DNA of 62,720 nt, filler included, from 11 parts of 11 records of this genome joined end to end with filler, not necessarily neighbours in it; one strand, 5' to 3'; counted from the first letter of the whole stretch, positions 1 to 14,109 are shown. The notes: generated by a model from the sequence alone, not told the origin. Numbers and translations: made by a program.

Positions 1-28
1 TAAGACGCGTAAGCGTCGCATCAGGCAA
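1..28. repeat. REP/PU element (partial, contig edge)
   Basis: TAAGACGCGTAAGCGTCGCATCAGGCA matches the E. coli REP consensus. Confidence 0.85.
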
Positions 29-57
29 TGAATACCCAATGCGACCAGCTTCTTATA

Positions 58-1596
58 TCAGAACAGCCCCAACGGTTTATCCGAGTAGCTCACCAGCAGG
101 CACTTGGTTTGCTGGTAATGCTCCAGCATCATCTTGTGGGTTTCGCGACCGATACCTGATTGTTTGTAGCCACCAAACGCCGCATGTGCCGGGTAAGCGT
201 GATAACAGTTGGTCCACACGCGCCCAGCCTGTATGCCGCGCCCCATCTTATAGGCCAGATTACCGTTGCGGCTCCAGACGCCCGCGCCCAGGCCATATTG
301 CGTATCGTTCGCCAGCTCCAGCGCTTCTTCCATCGTTTTGAAGGTGGTCACCGCCAGCACCGGGCCAAAAATCTCCTCCTGGAACACCCGCATATTGTTC
401 TGACCAAACAGAATCGTCGGTTCGAGGTAGTAGCCGTCTTTCAGTTCACCTTCCAGCAGCTTGCGCCGCCCGCCTGTGAGCACGTCAGCGCCCTCTTTTT
501 TACCGATATCAATGTAGTTGAGGATGGTTTCCAGTTGCCCGTGAGAAACCTGCGCGCCCATTTGCGTCACGCTGTCGAGCGGGTTACCGCTACGAATGCT
601 TTCGACACGGCGGATGGCGCGTTCCATAAAGCGTTCGTAGATAGATTCCTGCACTAAAGCACGACTCGGACAGGTGCAAACTTCGCCCTGGTTAAAGGCA
701 AACAGTGCAAAGCCTTCCAGCGCTTTATCGAAAAAGGCATCTTCTTCATCCATCACATCAGCAAAGAAGATATTTGGCGACTTACCGCCCAACTCCAGCG
801 TCACCGGAATAATGTTTTGCGTTGCGTATTGCATAATTTGTTGGCCCACTTCCGTTGAGCCGGTAAACGCCACTTTGGCGATGCGTTTCGAGGTCGCCAG
901 ATATTCGCCAATTACCCCACCTGCGCCATTGACCACGTTCACCACGCCCGGCGGCAGTAAATCACCGACAATTTCCATTAGCAGCAGTACAGAAAGCGGG
1001 GTAAGACGTGCGGGTTTCAGCACCACACAGTTGCCCGCCGCCAGCGCGGGAGCCATTTTCCAGCTCGCCATCAGCAGCGGGAAGTTCCACGGGATAATCT
1101 GCCCCACCACGCCTAACGGTTCATGGAAATGATAGGCCACGGTTTCGCTATCAACTTCACTGATCCCACCTTCCTGCGCCCGAATACACGAGGCGAAATA
1201 GCGGAAATGGTCAATCGCCAGCGGTACATCCGCAGCACTGGTTTCGCGAATGGGTTTGCCGTTATCCCAGGTTTCAGCTGTCGCTAACAGCTCGAGGTTT
1301 TGTTCCATTCGATCGGCAATCTTAAACAGAATCGCCGCACGATCCTGCACCGAGGTGTGCGCCCATTTATCTTTCACTTTGTGCGCAGCATCCAGCGCCA
1401 GATCGATGTCTCGTTTGCCCGAAGACGCCACTTCGCACAGCAGCTGCCCGGTCACCGGCGTCAGATTCTGGTAATACTCGCCGTCGGCAGGGGCTACCCA
1501 TTCGCCGCCAATAAAGTTGTCATAGCGGGCTTTTAACTTGAGGGGGAAACCATACTCGCCGGGCTTAATCTGTGCTGAAGGGGGATTATTGGTCAT
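58..1596 (-). CDS. aldB: aldehyde dehydrogenase B
   Basis: Start MTNNPPSAQ gives 512 aa; ALDH motifs [23 protein letters not shown]. Confidence 0.97.
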   Translation of the reverse strand: MTNNPPSAQIKPGEYGFPLKLKARYDNFIGGEWVAPADGEYYQNLTPVTGQLLCEVASSGKRDIDLALDAAHKVKDKWAHTSVQDRAAILFKIADRMEQNLELLATAETWDNGKPIRETSAADVPLAIDHFRYFASCIRAQEGGISEVDSETVAYHFHEPLGVVGQIIPWNFPLLMASWKMAPALAAGNCVVLKPARLTPLSVLLLMEIVGDLLPPGVVNVVNGAGGVIGEYLATSKRIAKVAFTGSTEVGQQIMQYATQNIIPVTLELGGKSPNIFFADVMDEEDAFFDKALEGFALFAFNQGEVCTCPSRALVQESIYERFMERAIRRVESIRSGNPLDSVTQMGAQVSHGQLETILNYIDIGKKEGADVLTGGRRKLLEGELKDGYYLEPTILFGQNNMRVFQEEIFGPVLAVTTFKTMEEALELANDTQYGLGAGVWSRNGNLAYKMGRGIQAGRVWTNCYHAYPAHAAFGGYKQSGIGRETHKMMLEHYQQTKCLLVSYSDKPLGLF

Positions 1597-1760
1597 GATC
1601 GTCTCCTTGCGGTGTGAGGTATAACAAGGGTAGACGTGACTGGCGAAATCTTCGCCAGTCGGTAACAGCTTTACGACAGCTATCACGAATTTACGGGCAA
1701 GGGTTACAGAGATAGTTGAAAAAGCGGCTAACAATTTGCCAGCCGTTGTGGAAATGATGA

Positions 1761-2912
1761 TTACATCGCTGCGCGATAAATCGCCACAATTTCTTCGTGA
1801 GTTGCCTGGATCGGGTTAGTAAAGCCACAGGCATCTTTCAGGGCATTAGTCGCCAATACCGCGAAATCTTCTTCTTTCACGTTCAGGTCGCGTAGGCCTG
1901 CCGGGATATCCACTTTCTTCGCCAGTTCACGGATGGCGTTAATGCAGGCTTCAGCACCTTCCGCGTCGTTTTTACCTGTCACGTTCACGCCCATTGCAGC
2001 GGCACAGTCACGCAGACGTGCAGCGGCGACTTTGCTGTTGAATACCTGAACGTGCGGCAGCAAAACGGCGTTACATACACCGTGTGGCAGGTTGTAGAAA
2101 CCGCCCAGCTGGTGCGCCATCGCATGAACATAACCCAGAGAAGCATTATTGAACGCCATACCGGCGAGGAACTGGGCATAAGCCATTGCTTCACGCGCTT
2201 TCGCATTACTGCCATCTTCAACGGCTAACGGCAGGTTTTCGGCAATCATGGTCACGGCTTTCAGTGCACAAGCGTCAGTGATCGGCGTGGCGGCAATAGA
2301 AACATATGCTTCGATAGCGTGCGTTAAGGCATCCATACCCGTTGCGGCGGTCAGTGACTTCGGCATACCAATCATCAGAGAGGAGTCATTGACAGAAAGC
2401 AGCGGAGTGACATGTTTATCAACAATCGCCATTTTGATATGACGCGCTTCGTCAGTGATGATGCAGAAACGGGTCATTTCAGAGGCCGTACCCGCCGTGG
2501 TATTGATGGCGATCATCGGCAGCTGCGGTTTTGCAGAGCGGTCAACGCCTTCGTAATCGCGAATATCGCCGCCATTGGCTGCCACCAGCGCAATACCTTT
2601 TGCGCAGTCGTGTGGAGAACCACCGCCTAAGGAGATCACGCTATCGCAATTATTCTCTTTAAGTAATTTCAAACCTGCGGCGACGTTTTCCGTGGTGGGG
2701 TTAGGTTGGGTGCCATCATAAATAACGCTAAAAATATTGCGTTCTTCCAGTGCTTTTTGCACATCGCCCGCCATACCTAATTTCGTTAACATATTGTCAG
2801 TGACAATTAAGGTACGGGTAAATCCATAATCTGCCATCATATTCATTGCATCAGTCAATGAATCAGCGCCGATGACATTCACAGAAGGAATAAAGAACGT
2901 TGAAGCTGCCAT
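1761..2912 (-). CDS. yiaY: Fe-containing alcohol / L-threonine dehydrogenase
   Basis: 383 aa, GGGSPHD motif, between aldB and selB as in E. coli. Confidence 0.95.
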
Positions 2913-3100
2913 AACACACTCCTGAAAGTGTAAAAAAGGGCGGGCAGCTTACTGAGGATTTTCATTCGAAAATATGATCAGTATTATTGATTATCAAAAT
3001 TAATCTAATAAAAAGCACATTGTATTCATTAAACAATGTGCTTTTTTAAATTCATAAGAATTTTGTATTAATTTATTTTAAAACTTAATTAATCATTTCC

Positions 3101-4945
3101 TTATTTTTCCGGAAATAATAATGCGTCGCGCAATAAATGATCATTTCCACGACGACGCGTAAAGCCAATGCGGTCAAAATATTCCAGAATCTGAATTGCC
3201 AGCTTTCGGCCTACGCCTAAGCGATCGCGGAAATCCGCCGCGCAGGTTGAACCACACTCCTGATCGAGATCGCGGATCATATTGGCAAACTCGACAATCC
3301 GATCGTTACGGTAATAACGATCTTTAACGATCGCGGTAATTATTCCTTGCTGCGCCGCCTGGCGTAGAGTCAGGCGCATTGCCTGCTCGTCGGTTCCCGT
3401 CTCTTTTGCCAGGTCACGCACCCACCACGGTTCGTCACCAAACAGTGGCTCTGCTTTTTGCCAGATGGCCTGCTGCTCTTCGCTGAAGCCCGCTTTGTGA
3501 TCTGGCAGATGCAGCCAGCCGTGATGGCTGTGGATGTCGCCGCTTTCGCGCATCTTTTCAATCAGCAACAGTACCAGCGCTTCATCTTCCATTGGCAACG
3601 CCATACGTCGCAGACGTTCGCGCCCAGGGCCAGGTTCATCGCGATGTTGCTCATGATAAGTCGCTAATGTGTCGAGAATTTTCCGCTGCCAGCGGGCGGC
3701 AACCGGCGCATTCAACAAGCTATAACCAGCCTGAATATAACCAGGCTGTTGCAGCAATTCGCGCATCCCTTCGCCGTTGAGCTGGCGCGCCCAGGCGAAA
3801 TCCGCAAGGTTAACCGCGCCGCGTTCCAGATGAACAGATAACGCATCGGCATCGCTCTGCGCCCGTGCAAGAGACGCCAGCCATTGCAGATATTCCGGCT
3901 TACGTTTACCGCGACGCGGCGGGTTAAGCATCACGACGCGCGCTCCGGCCAGCGTGTTGCGGGCAGAGATATCGCGCAATACCAGGCGGTCGTTATCTGC
4001 CAGCCATAACGGGGTGTCGAAGACCAGTTCAGCAAGGTTATCTTCCAGCAGTGAAACGCGTCCCGTGACGTGGCTGGCGGCGTGGTGAATATGCAGCGGC
4101 TGCCACTGGGTCAGCGGTGTATGGGTTTGAAGCTCGACAATCACCCGTGTGAACGGCTCTGGCGGCACATCGGCAAGCAGCCAGTCGCCACGGTTAATCT
4201 GCTCTTTTTCCGCATCACCCGCGATGTTAAGCGCGATACGCTGCCCGGCATTGGCGGTTTCTGTTGGCTGGTTTTGCGCATGCAGCGCACGTACACGCAT
4301 CGGTTTATTTACACCAGTCAGCCAGAGTGAATCGCCTACCTTCACTTCCCCGCTTAACGCCGTACCGGTGACGACCAGCCCGGCACCTTTTACGGTAAAT
4401 GCGCGGTCAATCGCGAGGCGGAAACTATGTTGGCTGGCGTGCTCGCGTTCCGGCAACTGAAGCAGATGCTCGCGCAGGGCATCCATTCCCCGACCTTCGG
4501 TTGCTGCGGTGATAAACAGTTTTGCCTCAGCAAAACCGTATTCCCGCAGAACCTCCTTTACCTGGCGTTCAACCTCATCAACACGCGCTTCGTCCACGCG
4601 ATCGGCTTTGGTCAGCGCCACTGTCAGCATCGGGTTACCGGTCAGCTGCAAAATCGCCAGATGCTCACGGGTCTGTGCCATCACGCCGTCATCGCACGCC
4701 ACCACCAACAGCGCGTGATCGATACCACCAACGCCCGCCAGCATGTTGGAAAGAAACTTTTCATGACCGGGAACGTCGATAAAACCAGGCACGCGACCAT
4801 CCGGCTGCGGCCAGTAGGCATAGCCGAGATCGATGGTCATGCCGCGCTTTTTTTCTTCCGGCAGACGGTCAGCATTTACGCCAGTAATCGCCTGCAATAA
4901 GGTTGTTTTGCCGTGGTCAACGTGTCCGGCAGTCGCAATAATCAT
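3101..4945 (-). CDS. selB: selenocysteine-specific elongation factor
   Basis: 614 aa, GHVDHGKT P-loop, winged-helix C-terminus. Confidence 0.98.
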
Positions 4946-6333
4946 TTCAACAACATCTCCAAAAACCGTTGCTCATCTTCAAGGCAGCGTAAATCCAGCC
5001 ACAATCGTCCGTCATAAATACGACCAATCACCGGCACTGGCAATTCACGCCAGCGGGCGGCTAATGACTCAAGGTGGCTACCGCGTCCATCATGGGGTGT
5101 AAACGTTAATGCCGCGCTCGGCAGGCGATCAACCGGCAGCGAACCACTGCCAATCTGCGAAAGACATGGCATAACCTGTACCGCAAACTCCGCGCCGTAA
5201 TGTGCGGCAAGGGGGGCCTGTAAACGTTGTGCCTGGATTTGAATGACCTCTGCGCTGCGGGTAAGCAGGCGCAGGGTCGGTAATTTTTCACTCAGAGCTT
5301 CAGGGTGTAAATAAAGACGCAACGTGGCTTCCAGCGCCGCGAGGGTCATTTTATCCGCGCGTAATGCACGCTTCAGCGGGTGGCTTTGCAGGCGGGCGAT
5401 CATCTCTTTTTTACCAACAATAATTCCTGCCTGCGGCCCGCCTAACAACTTGTCGCCGGAGAAACTCACCAGACTGACGCCCGCCGCAATCAACTCCTGC
5501 GGCATTGGCTCTTTCGGCAAACCGTACTGGCTAAGATCGACCAGCGAGCCACTGCCTAAATCAGTCACTACGGGAACATCCAGCTCTTTGCCGAGCGCCA
5601 CCAGTTCCGCTTCATCTATCGCTTTGGTGAACCCCTGAATGCTGTAGTTACTGGTATGTACTTTCATCAACAGTGCGGTATTTTCATTCACCGCCTGACG
5701 ATAATCATTCGCGTGCGTGCGGTTGGTGGTCCCTACTTCGTGTAGGGTGCAGCCTGCCTGACGCATAACATCGGGAATACGAAACGCGCCGCCAATCTCC
5801 ACCAGTTCGCCGCGAGATACCACCACCTCTTTTCCGCTGGCAGTGGCCGCCAACATCAATAACACCGCCGCCGCATTGTTATTGACGATACAGGCATCTT
5901 CCGCCCCCGTAATACGGCACAGCAGCTGCGCCAGCGCCCGATCGCGATGTCCGCGTCCGGCGTCGTCCAGATCATACTCGAGGGTCACTGGCGAACGCAT
6001 AGCCTGCGCAACGGCTTCCACCGCGGCTTCCGCCTGTAAAGCTCGCCCAAGGTTGGTATGCAGCACGGTTCCCGTCAGGTTGATCACCGGACGCAGCGCG
6101 CTCTGCGCTTCTTTCGTCAACCGGGCATCGACTTCTTGCGCCCAGTTTTCACACCACGCAGGCAGCGTCTGGCTGCCACGAATCACTTCTCGCGCTTCGT
6201 CGAGCATCTGACGCAACAATTCCACCACGCGGGTGTGACCATAAGTATCACGCAAAGAAAGGAAGGAGCTATCGCGCAATAAGCGATCAATAGCCGGAAG
6301 TTGACTATAGAGGGAACGCGTTTCGGTTGTCAT
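4942..6333 (-). CDS. selA: selenocysteine synthase
   Basis: 463 aa, [15 protein letters not shown] motif, overlaps the selB start. Confidence 0.98.
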   Translation of the reverse strand: MTTETRSLYSQLPAIDRLLRDSSFLSLRDTYGHTRVVELLRQMLDEAREVIRGSQTLPAWCENWAQEVDARLTKEAQSALRPVINLTGTVLHTNLGRALQAEAAVEAVAQAMRSPVTLEYDLDDAGRGHRDRALAQLLCRITGAEDACIVNNNAAAVLLMLAATASGKEVVVSRGELVEIGGAFRIPDVMRQAGCTLHEVGTTNRTHANDYRQAVNENTALLMKVHTSNYSIQGFTKAIDEAELVALGKELDVPVVTDLGSGSLVDLSQYGLPKEPMPQELIAAGVSLVSFSGDKLLGGPQAGIIVGKKEMIARLQSHPLKRALRADKMTLAALEATLRLYLHPEALSEKLPTLRLLTRSAEVIQIQAQRLQAPLAAHYGAEFAVQVMPCLSQIGSGSLPVDRLPSAALTFTPHDGRGSHLESLAARWRELPVPVIGRIYDGRLWLDLRCLEDEQRFLEMLLK

Positions 6334-6430
6334 AGGAAACCTGGCTGATCAAGGCCCTCTCACACGGAGAAGGGCGTTTAACATAACCACGGATTGTAAC
6401 GTGAGATGGGTCAGGAGGACATATCGCGCA

Positions 6431-7039
6431 TCAAGCCTTTGGCGGTTCGGTGCGAGCAAAACTTTCGCGGCTAAACAGGTTTTCGACCAGTTTGACTAAG
6501 TGTGGGCGGTCGACACACCAACCTGGCGCAACGCGGCGGAAATTGAGATATCCGACGGCACAGGCAATGGCGATAGTCGCCAGATTGACCGTATCGGTTT
6601 TGAGTGTGCCATCGACCAGATATCCTTCCAGCACATCCAGACTGCGGTTGATTTTCTCCCGCTGGCGTAACAATTCATCTTCAGACTGCTGCGCCGCTGG
6701 ACGCGCCTGTTCACGCACCGATACCAGCCCGGCATCCATAATGCCATCCGCCAGTGCCTCAATTTTGCGCACCCGCAACGACTCCAGCGGATCGCGCGGC
6801 AACATCGCCGGAGCGACATTCATTAATTCAATATATTCAGCGATGATCGGCGAATCAAACCAGCATTCGCCCTCTTCGGTCACCAGCACCGGCACTTTTC
6901 CTAACGGGTTAAATTGCGCCACGCCGTTGTCCGCGTTATAGGGCAGTTCATTAATAAATTCGAAAGTTATGCCCTTTTCTAACAACAGAATAGAAAGTTT
7001 GCGTACAAACGGGCTGGTGTAGCTACCGACGAGTTTCAT
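6431..7039 (-). CDS. yibF: glutathione S-transferase-like protein
   Basis: 202 aa, NPLGKVP GST motif, upstream of selA. Confidence 0.95.
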
Positions 7040-7226
7040 GCCGAGTCCTTTGTGCGAGGAAAAATATCAGTATGGCCTGGTGATGGGAAAAAGGGCAGAA
7101 AATGTTGATGGTTTGTTACTTCCAAATAAATCACATATTTATCATGGTGATATAAATATTTTCCTAATTATTTCACTCTGATGGATATCTCACTTCAGGC
7201 TTTCTTATAAATCTGTAGGGTTTCGC

Positions 7227-7326
7227 NNNNNNNNNNNNNNNNNNNNNNNNNNNNNNNNNNNNNNNNNNNNTTAATTAATTAANNNNNNNNNNNNNNNNNN
7301 NNNNNNNNNNNNNNNNNNNNNNNNNN
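7227..7326. other. artificial contig spacer (also at 11911-12010, 16982-17081, 21485-21584, 23787-23886, 26836-26935, 34733-34832, 38634-38733, 41295-41394, 59149-59248)
   Basis: 44 N + TTAATTAATTAA (stops in all six frames) + 44 N, repeated 10 times. Confidence 0.99.
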
Positions 7327-8058
7327 CAAAAACCGGTCGCGTATTTGACTTGTAACTTCAACCGCCCGGTAAATGGTAAACCGGCGCTGTTCACTCACGA
7401 CGAAGTGATCACCCTCTTCCACGAGTTCGGTCACGGCCTGCACCATATGCTGACCCGCATCGAAACCGCTGGTGTTTCCGGTATCAGCGGTGTGCCGTGG
7501 GATGCGGTCGAACTGCCGAGTCAGTTTATGGAAAACTGGTGCTGGGAGCCGGAGGCGCTGGCGTTTATCTCTGGTCACTATGAAACCGGCGAACCGCTGC
7601 CGAAAGAGTTGCTGGATAAAATGCTGGCGGCGAAGAACTACCAGGCGGCGCTGTTTATTCTGCGTCAGCTGGAGTTCGGCCTGTTTGATTTCCGCCTTCA
7701 TGCCGAGTTCCGCCCGGATCAGGGGGCAAAAATCCTCGAAACTCTGGCAGAAATCAAGAAACTGGTTGCCGTGGTGCCATCTCCGTCCTGGGGCCGTTTC
7801 CCGCACGCTTTCAGCCATATTTTCGCCGGTGGTTATGCCGCAGGTTACTACAGCTACCTGTGGGCTGACGTACTGGCGGCAGATGCTTTCTCGCGCTTTG
7901 AGGAAGAGGGCATTTTCAACCGTGAAACCGGGCAGTCGTTCCTCGACAACATTCTGAGCCGTGGCGGTTCAGAAGAGCCGATGGATCTGTTCAAACGCTT
8001 CCGTGGTCGTGAACCGCAGCTGGATGCGATGCTGGAGCATTACGGCATTAAGGGCTGA
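7327..8058 (+). CDS. prlC: oligopeptidase A, 3' part (5' truncated by contig edge)
   Basis: HEFGH zinc motif of M3 peptidases; ends EHYGIKG. Confidence 0.96.
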   Translation, partial: QKPVAYLTCNFNRPVNGKPALFTHDEVITLFHEFGHGLHHMLTRIETAGVSGISGVPWDAVELPSQFMENWCWEPEALAFISGHYETGEPLPKELLDKMLAAKNYQAALFILRQLEFGLFDFRLHAEFRPDQGAKILETLAEIKKLVAVVPSPSWGRFPHAFSHIFAGGYAAGYYSYLWADVLAADAFSRFEEEGIFNRETGQSFLDNILSRGGSEEPMDLFKRFRGREPQLDAMLEHYGIKG

Positions 8059-8065
8059 TCATTCA

Positions 8066-8818
8066 GTGAAAATCTGCTTAATTGATGAAACAGGCACCGG
8101 AGACGGTGCCTTATCTGTTCTGGCGGCCCGCTGGGGGCTGGAGCACGATGAAGACAACCTGATGGCGCTGGTGTTAACGCCGGAACATCTGGAATTGCGC
8201 AAGCGTGATGAGCCAAAACTTGGCGGCATCTTTGTTGATTTTGTTGGCGGAGCGATGGCGCACCGACGCAAATTCGGCGGTGGTCGCGGTGAGGCGGTGG
8301 CGAAAGCGGTGGGCATTAAAGGCGATTATTTGCCGGATGTGGTGGATGCCACTGCAGGACTTGGGCGCGATGCCTTTGTACTGGCTTCAGTCGGCTGCCG
8401 CGTGCGGATGCTGGAGCGTAATCCAGTGGTTGCCGCGCTACTCGACGACGGCCTGGCGCGTGGTTATGCGGATGCGGAAATCGGCGGCTGGTTGCAGGAG
8501 CGGTTGCAGTTAATTCACGCCTCCAGCCTGACGGCGCTGACTGATATTACCCCGCGCCCGCAGGTGGTTTATCTCGACCCGATGTTCCCGCATAAGCAGA
8601 AAAGCGCGCTAGTGAAAAAAGAGATGCGTGTCTTTCAGTCGCTGGTGGGACCGGATCTTGATGCCGATGGATTACTGGAGCCTGCACGCTTGCTGGCGAC
8701 CAAACGCGTGGTGGTAAAGCGCCCGGACTACGCGCCACCGCTGGCGAATGTCGCCACGCCAAACGCGGTAGTCACTAAAGGGCATCGCTTTGATATCTAT
8801 GCAGGTACGCCAGTGTAA
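8066..8818 (+). CDS. rsmJ: 16S rRNA m2G1516 methyltransferase
   Basis: GTG start, 250 aa, DATAGLG SAM motif and DPMF. Confidence 0.95.
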   Translation: MKICLIDETGTGDGALSVLAARWGLEHDEDNLMALVLTPEHLELRKRDEPKLGGIFVDFVGGAMAHRRKFGGGRGEAVAKAVGIKGDYLPDVVDATAGLGRDAFVLASVGCRVRMLERNPVVAALLDDGLARGYADAEIGGWLQERLQLIHASSLTALTDITPRPQVVYLDPMFPHKQKSALVKKEMRVFQSLVGPDLDADGLLEPARLLATKRVVVKRPDYAPPLANVATPNAVVTKGHRFDIYAGTPV

Positions 8819-8866
8819 AACTAAAACAGGGTAGCGATAACGCTACCCTGCTTTCTGCAAGAATAA

Positions 8867-10336
8867 TTAATGGCTTTCCGGCGTCGCAATCATGCGTTTC
8901 AGCCACGGCACCATCAACAGCATCACTACTGCAACGCCCAGCGTGACCAGACCAATCTTACCAAACACGTTGGTATAGACGGGCAACGTCTCAAGCGGAT
9001 CGGTAATGTTGTCCGGCACCGCGGTAAATGTTGCCACATAGCCGCCCAGCAAGAACGCGGCAGCCTGCGTCAGGAACCACATCCCGAGAATAAAGCCCAT
9101 CAAATGCTGCGGCACCAGGGCAGCAATCATCGCCAGGCCAAGGGCGCTAATAAACAGTTCACCTAAGCTCTGGAATAAGTACACCAGCACGATAAACCAT
9201 GGCGATGTCAGCCCTTGTGCATCCGCAAACCACATTCCCGCAGCTGCCGCCGTCAAAAAGCCCAGTGAGCACATAAACATGCCGAGAGTAAATTTCATCG
9301 GCATCGAGAGGTCTTTGCCTTTGTTACCCAGATGCGTGTAAATGCCTGCCAGTATTGGGCTGGCGAGTACCACCCAGAACGGGTTAAGCGCCTGGAAGCT
9401 GACCGGGTTGATGGAAAAACCGAGAATTTCATGATGCACGTTGTTGATGGCAAAGAAGTTCAGCGATGTTGGCATCTGGGCGTAGAGAATGTAAAACACC
9501 ACCGCTTCGAGCATCAGGACAAAGGCGACAAACATTTTATTGCGCCCGGTTTTATCCAGCTTGAATGCCTGACGAAAGAAGATGATGGTGACGACGATGG
9601 AGAGAACAATCAGCACCAGATTGGCGACTTCTACGTTGTGCATCAGCCATGCGCATACGAAGATCATCACCACGCTGCCAAGTAACACGTACAACAGTTT
9701 GCTGAAGCTCATTGGCCGGAAGTCGGGTTCAGAACCAATGTCTTTCACCATTCCACGACAGGCGATGTAAACCAGTAATGCGATAATTAACCCCGCCCCG
9801 CACAGGTTGTAGGTGACTGAATAACCGAATCTATCAGCGATCACAGGGGCCAGCGATAACGCTATCAACGAGCCGATGTTGATCGACATATAGAACAGGG
9901 TGAATGCGCCATCAAGCCGCGGATCTTTCGGCGGATAGCACTTCGAAAGCAAGCTGGCTGGGTTAGCTTTAAACAGGCCGTTACCGACAGCGATAGTCCC
10001 CAGGGCGATGAAAATCAGGTCAGGCTTAAGTAGCGACATGCCGGTCATGAAGTAGCCAATCGCCAGCACAAGTGCTCCAAGAACAATGGTGCGTTTGGTC
10101 CCCAGCAGGTGGTCGCCGACATAGCCGCCAATGGAAATGAGGCCATAGACCAGCGCAGCAAAAGCACCAAAAGTGACAAAAGCCTGCTCTTGCGAGAATC
10201 CAAGCTGTTTAACGAAGAAAACCGCCAGTACGCCCTGCACGCCGTAGTAGCCGAATCGCTCCCATAACTCGACAAAAAAGATCATGAAAAATGGGCGAGG
10301 TTGCTGCAGCATCCCCATGGGTGTTGTTGTATTCAT
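8867..10336 (-). CDS. dtpB: dipeptide/tripeptide:H+ symporter (POT family)
   Basis: 489 aa, [13 protein letters not shown] motif. Confidence 0.96.
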
Positions 10337-10652
10337 ATTTATTAACCTTCCAATACCATCCTGAAAAGTATGAACGCGTAAGGGATAACGCGCGAAAAAG
10401 TTTACATCTGTCAGAGATTCTTAATATTGATGCGGTGAATAGATTAATACACTATTACAACAGAAAATAACCAGATGATCACACTAATGATGGAAAATAT
10501 GATGGTGTTAAATGTTGTATTGGCTGGGGATTTTGATTGCGTACGCAGACCGTAGGCCAGATAAGGTGTTTACGCTGATCAGGTAACAAGGCGCGCCAAA
10601 AAGCAAAACGCCCGCATATGCGGGCGTTCAGGAACACGTCGTAGAGGGAAGA

Positions 10653-11087
10653 TTATTCTTCTTCGTCGCGCAGCGGAACAATCAGCATATCAACGTGAAC
10701 GGTGTTGATCAGCTGACGTGCGGAAGACATCAGTTTGCTCCAGAAGTCCTGGTGGTGACCACAAACCACCAAATCCATATCGTATTTCTTGATTGCATCG
10801 ACCAGAACCTGGCCCAGGTCGCCGCTGCCGCTCAGGGTTTCAGTGATTGGGTAGCCTGCATTAGTGGAAAGCTCGGTCAGTGCATGATGTGTCTCTTCAG
10901 AGATGCGTTTCTGCATATCACCCAGATTCACATCAATAAGCCCGGTGTATAGGTCAGAGTAGTTTACATCTACGTGGATCAGAGAAACTTTCGCATTGTA
11001 GGGGCGAGCCATAGAGACTGCTTTCTCTACCAGAACTTTGCTTTCCGGGGAGAGGTCGACCGCGATGAGAATGTGTTTATAAGCCAT
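10653..11087 (-). CDS. uspA: universal stress protein A
   Basis: 144 aa, starts [13 protein letters not shown]. Confidence 0.98.
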
Positions 11088-11477
11088 AGTGTTACTCCTT
11101 CCATAAAGTTGTCGATGACTGGCCAGCTAGCGTTTCTTGTGCCGTTACGTCACCCGCGTCCTGCGAACTACGTGCGCGGGGCTAACCCAGCCGTAAAGAT
11201 TCAGTGTTAAGACCATCCTTACCTTATAGCGACCCGGATGATCCGTCAATCCGCCTTGCTTACTCGTTAGATAAACAAATTTTCGACATGAATATATTGA
11301 TAGTGGTTAACCTTCTGGAAAAAAAACAACCTGATCTCCTACACTATCTATAGAGCCGCTCGTATGTTGGTCACCACAAAAGCGGTTTCTCCAGGACCTG
11401 GTGTTAACTGATTGGCAGCGTATCGGGAGCGGTAGCCCCGGGGTGGAACTCCGCGGGCAGGTCGCCGGGGAGGAGGT

Positions 11478-11813
11478 ATGATAAGCACCGTCGCATTATT
11501 TTGGGCTTTATGTGTCGTTTGCATTGTTAACATGGCGCGCTATTTCTCATCACTACGCGCGTTGTTAGTGGTACTGCGTAACTGCGATCCATTGCTCTAT
11601 CAATATGTTGATGGAGGGGGCTTTTTTACCTCACATGGCCAACCCAACAAACAGGTGCGTCTCGTTTGGTATATCTATGCCCAACGTTATCGCGATCATC
11701 ACGATGATGAATTTATTCGCCGCTGTGAGCGGGTGCGTCGGCAGTTTATTCTGACCAGCGCATTGTGTGGTCTGGTGGTGGTCAGCCTGATTGCATTGAT
11801 GATTTGGCATTAA
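11478..11813 (+). CDS. uspB: universal stress protein B
   Basis: 111 aa, divergent from uspA. Confidence 0.96.
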
Positions 11814-11887
11814 GCACTTCAGCAATAATAACGCATAAAAAAAGCGGGCCAGTAAACTGACCCGCTCGAGACTGATTACAAACGCAA

Positions 11888-11910
11888 AATTGCCTGATGC
11901 GCTACGCTTA
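11888..11910. repeat. REP element (contig edge)
   Basis: TTGCCTGATGCGCTACGCTTA. Confidence 0.85.
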
Positions 11911-12010
11911 NNNNNNNNNNNNNNNNNNNNNNNNNNNNNNNNNNNNNNNNNNNNTTAATTAATTAANNNNNNNNNNNNNNNNNNNNNNNNNNNNNNNNNN
12001 NNNNNNNNNN

Positions 12011-12040
12011 CGGATAAGGCGTTCGCGCCGCATCCGGCAT
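12011..12040. repeat. REP element (contig edge)
   Basis: CGGATAAGGCGTTCGCGCCGCATCCGGCA. Confidence 0.88.
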
Positions 12041-12203
12041 GGACAAAGCGCACTTTGTCAGCAATATGAGGCGGATTTCTTCCGCCTTTTTAATCCCTCA
12101 ACATATACCCGCAAGTTATAGCCAATCTTTTTTTATTCTTTAATGTTTGGTTAACCTTCTGGCACGCTTTGCTCATCACAACACAACATAAGAGAGTCGG
12201 GCG

Positions 12204-13193
12204 ATGAACAAGTGGGGCGTAGGGTTAACATTTTTGCTGGCGGCAACCAGCGTTATGGCAAAGGATATTCAGCTTCTTAACGTTTCATATGATCCAACGC
12301 GCGAATTGTACGAACAGTACAACAAGGCATTCAGCGCCCACTGGAAACAGCAAACTGGTGATAACGTGGTGATTCGTCAGTCACACGGTGGCTCAGGTAA
12401 ACAAGCGACGTCGGTAATCAACGGTATTGAAGCTGATGTTGTCACGCTGGCTCTGGCCTATGACGTGGACGCAATTGCGGAACGCGGGCGGATTGATAAA
12501 GAGTGGATCAAACGTCTGCCGGATAACTCCGCACCGTACACTTCCACCATTGTTTTCCTGGTACGTAAGGGAAATCCGAAGCAGATCCATGACTGGAACG
12601 ATCTGATTAAACCGGGTGTTTCGGTGATCACGCCTAATCCGAAAAGCTCTGGTGGCGCGCGCTGGAACTACCTGGCAGCCTGGGGCTACGCGCTGCATCA
12701 CAACAACAACGATCAGGCAAAAGCACAGGATTTTGTTCGGGCACTGTATAAAAACGTCGAAGTTCTGGATTCTGGCGCGCGTGGCTCCACTAACACTTTT
12801 GTCGAGCGCGGAATTGGCGATGTACTGATTGCCTGGGAAAACGAAGCTCTGCTGGCAGCGAATGAACTGGGGAAAGATAAATTCGAAATCGTCACGCCGA
12901 GTGAGTCTATCCTCGCAGAGCCAACCGTGTCGGTGGTCGATAAAGTGGTCGAGAAAAAAGGTACTAAAGAGGTGGCGGAAGCCTACCTGAAATATCTCTA
13001 CTCGCCAGAAGGTCAGGAAATTGCCGCGAAAAACTACTACCGTCCGCGCGACGCTGAGGTGGCGAAAAAGTACGAAAATGCGTTTCCAAAGCTGAAGTTA
13101 TTCACCATTGATGAAGAGTTCGGCGGCTGGACGAAAGCGCAAAAAGAGCATTTTGCTAACGGCGGTACGTTCGATCAGATCAGCAAACGCTGA
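12204..13193 (+). CDS. sbp: periplasmic sulfate-binding protein
   Basis: 329 aa, signal peptide then [11 protein letters not shown]. Confidence 0.97.
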
Positions 13194-13213
13194 TTTCCCC
13201 AGGATAATTATCA

Positions 13214-13245
13214 AACCCGGTGGTTTCTCGCGACCGGGTTTTTTA
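13214..13245 (+). terminator. probable intrinsic terminator after sbp
   Basis: AAACCCGGT...ACCGGGTTTTTT hairpin with T-tract. Confidence 0.7.
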
Positions 13246-13299
13246 TTTGTCACGATTTTGCGTTACCCTTGCATCTCTTTGAGGTACAGGGAAAAAAAG

Positions 13300-14055
13300 A
13301 TGAAAAAAGCGGGTCTTCTTTTTTTGGTGATGATAGTTATCGCCGTTGTGGCTGCCGGTATTGGTTACTGGAAATTAACCGGTGAAGAGTCGGATACATT
13401 ACGTAAGATTGTCCTTGAGGAATGTTTGCCCAATCAGCAGCAAAATCAAAATCCTTCGCCATGTGCGGAAGTCAAACCCAATGCCGGATACGTGGTTTTA
13501 AAAGATCTTAATGGCCCACTGCAATATCTGTTGATGCCAACGTATCGTATTAACGGTACTGAAAGTCCTTTGTTGACCGATCCTTCAACGCCGAACTTCT
13601 TTTGGTTGGCTTGGCAGGCGCGTGATTTTATGAGCAAAAAATACGGCCAGCCGGTTCCCGATCGCGCGGTTTCTTTGGCGATCAACTCCCGCACCGGGCG
13701 TACGCAAAACCATTTTCATATTCATATCTCTTGTATTCGTCCTGATGTGCGCAAACAGCTGGATAACAATCTGGCGAACATCAGCAGCCGCTGGTTGCCA
13801 CTGCCAGGTGGTTTGCGCGGGCATGAATACCTGGCGCGTCGGGTAACGGAAAGCGAACTGGTACAACGCAGCCCATTTATGATGCTGGCAGAAGAAGTAC
13901 CTGAGGCGCGGGAACATATGGGACGCTACGGGCTGGCGATGGTACGGCAGAGTGATAACTCATTTGTATTGCTGGCGACACAACGAAATCTACTGACGCT
14001 TAACCGTGCTTCAGCCGAGGAAATTCAGGATCATCAGTGTGAGATTTTGCGTTAA
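13300..14055 (+). CDS. cdh: CDP-diacylglycerol pyrophosphatase
   Basis: Start MKKAGLL gives 251 aa; HFHIHISC motif. Confidence 0.95.
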
Positions 14056-14109
14056 GGCGAAGAGTTAAGGAAAGTAAGTGCCGGATATGAAATCCGGCAC
14101 CTGTCAGAC

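Noticed and set aside
7227..7326. Recurring TTAATTAATTAA motif flanked by Ns as a repeat array or biological element
   Set aside because: It is a fixed 100-bp synthetic six-frame-stop linker between contigs.
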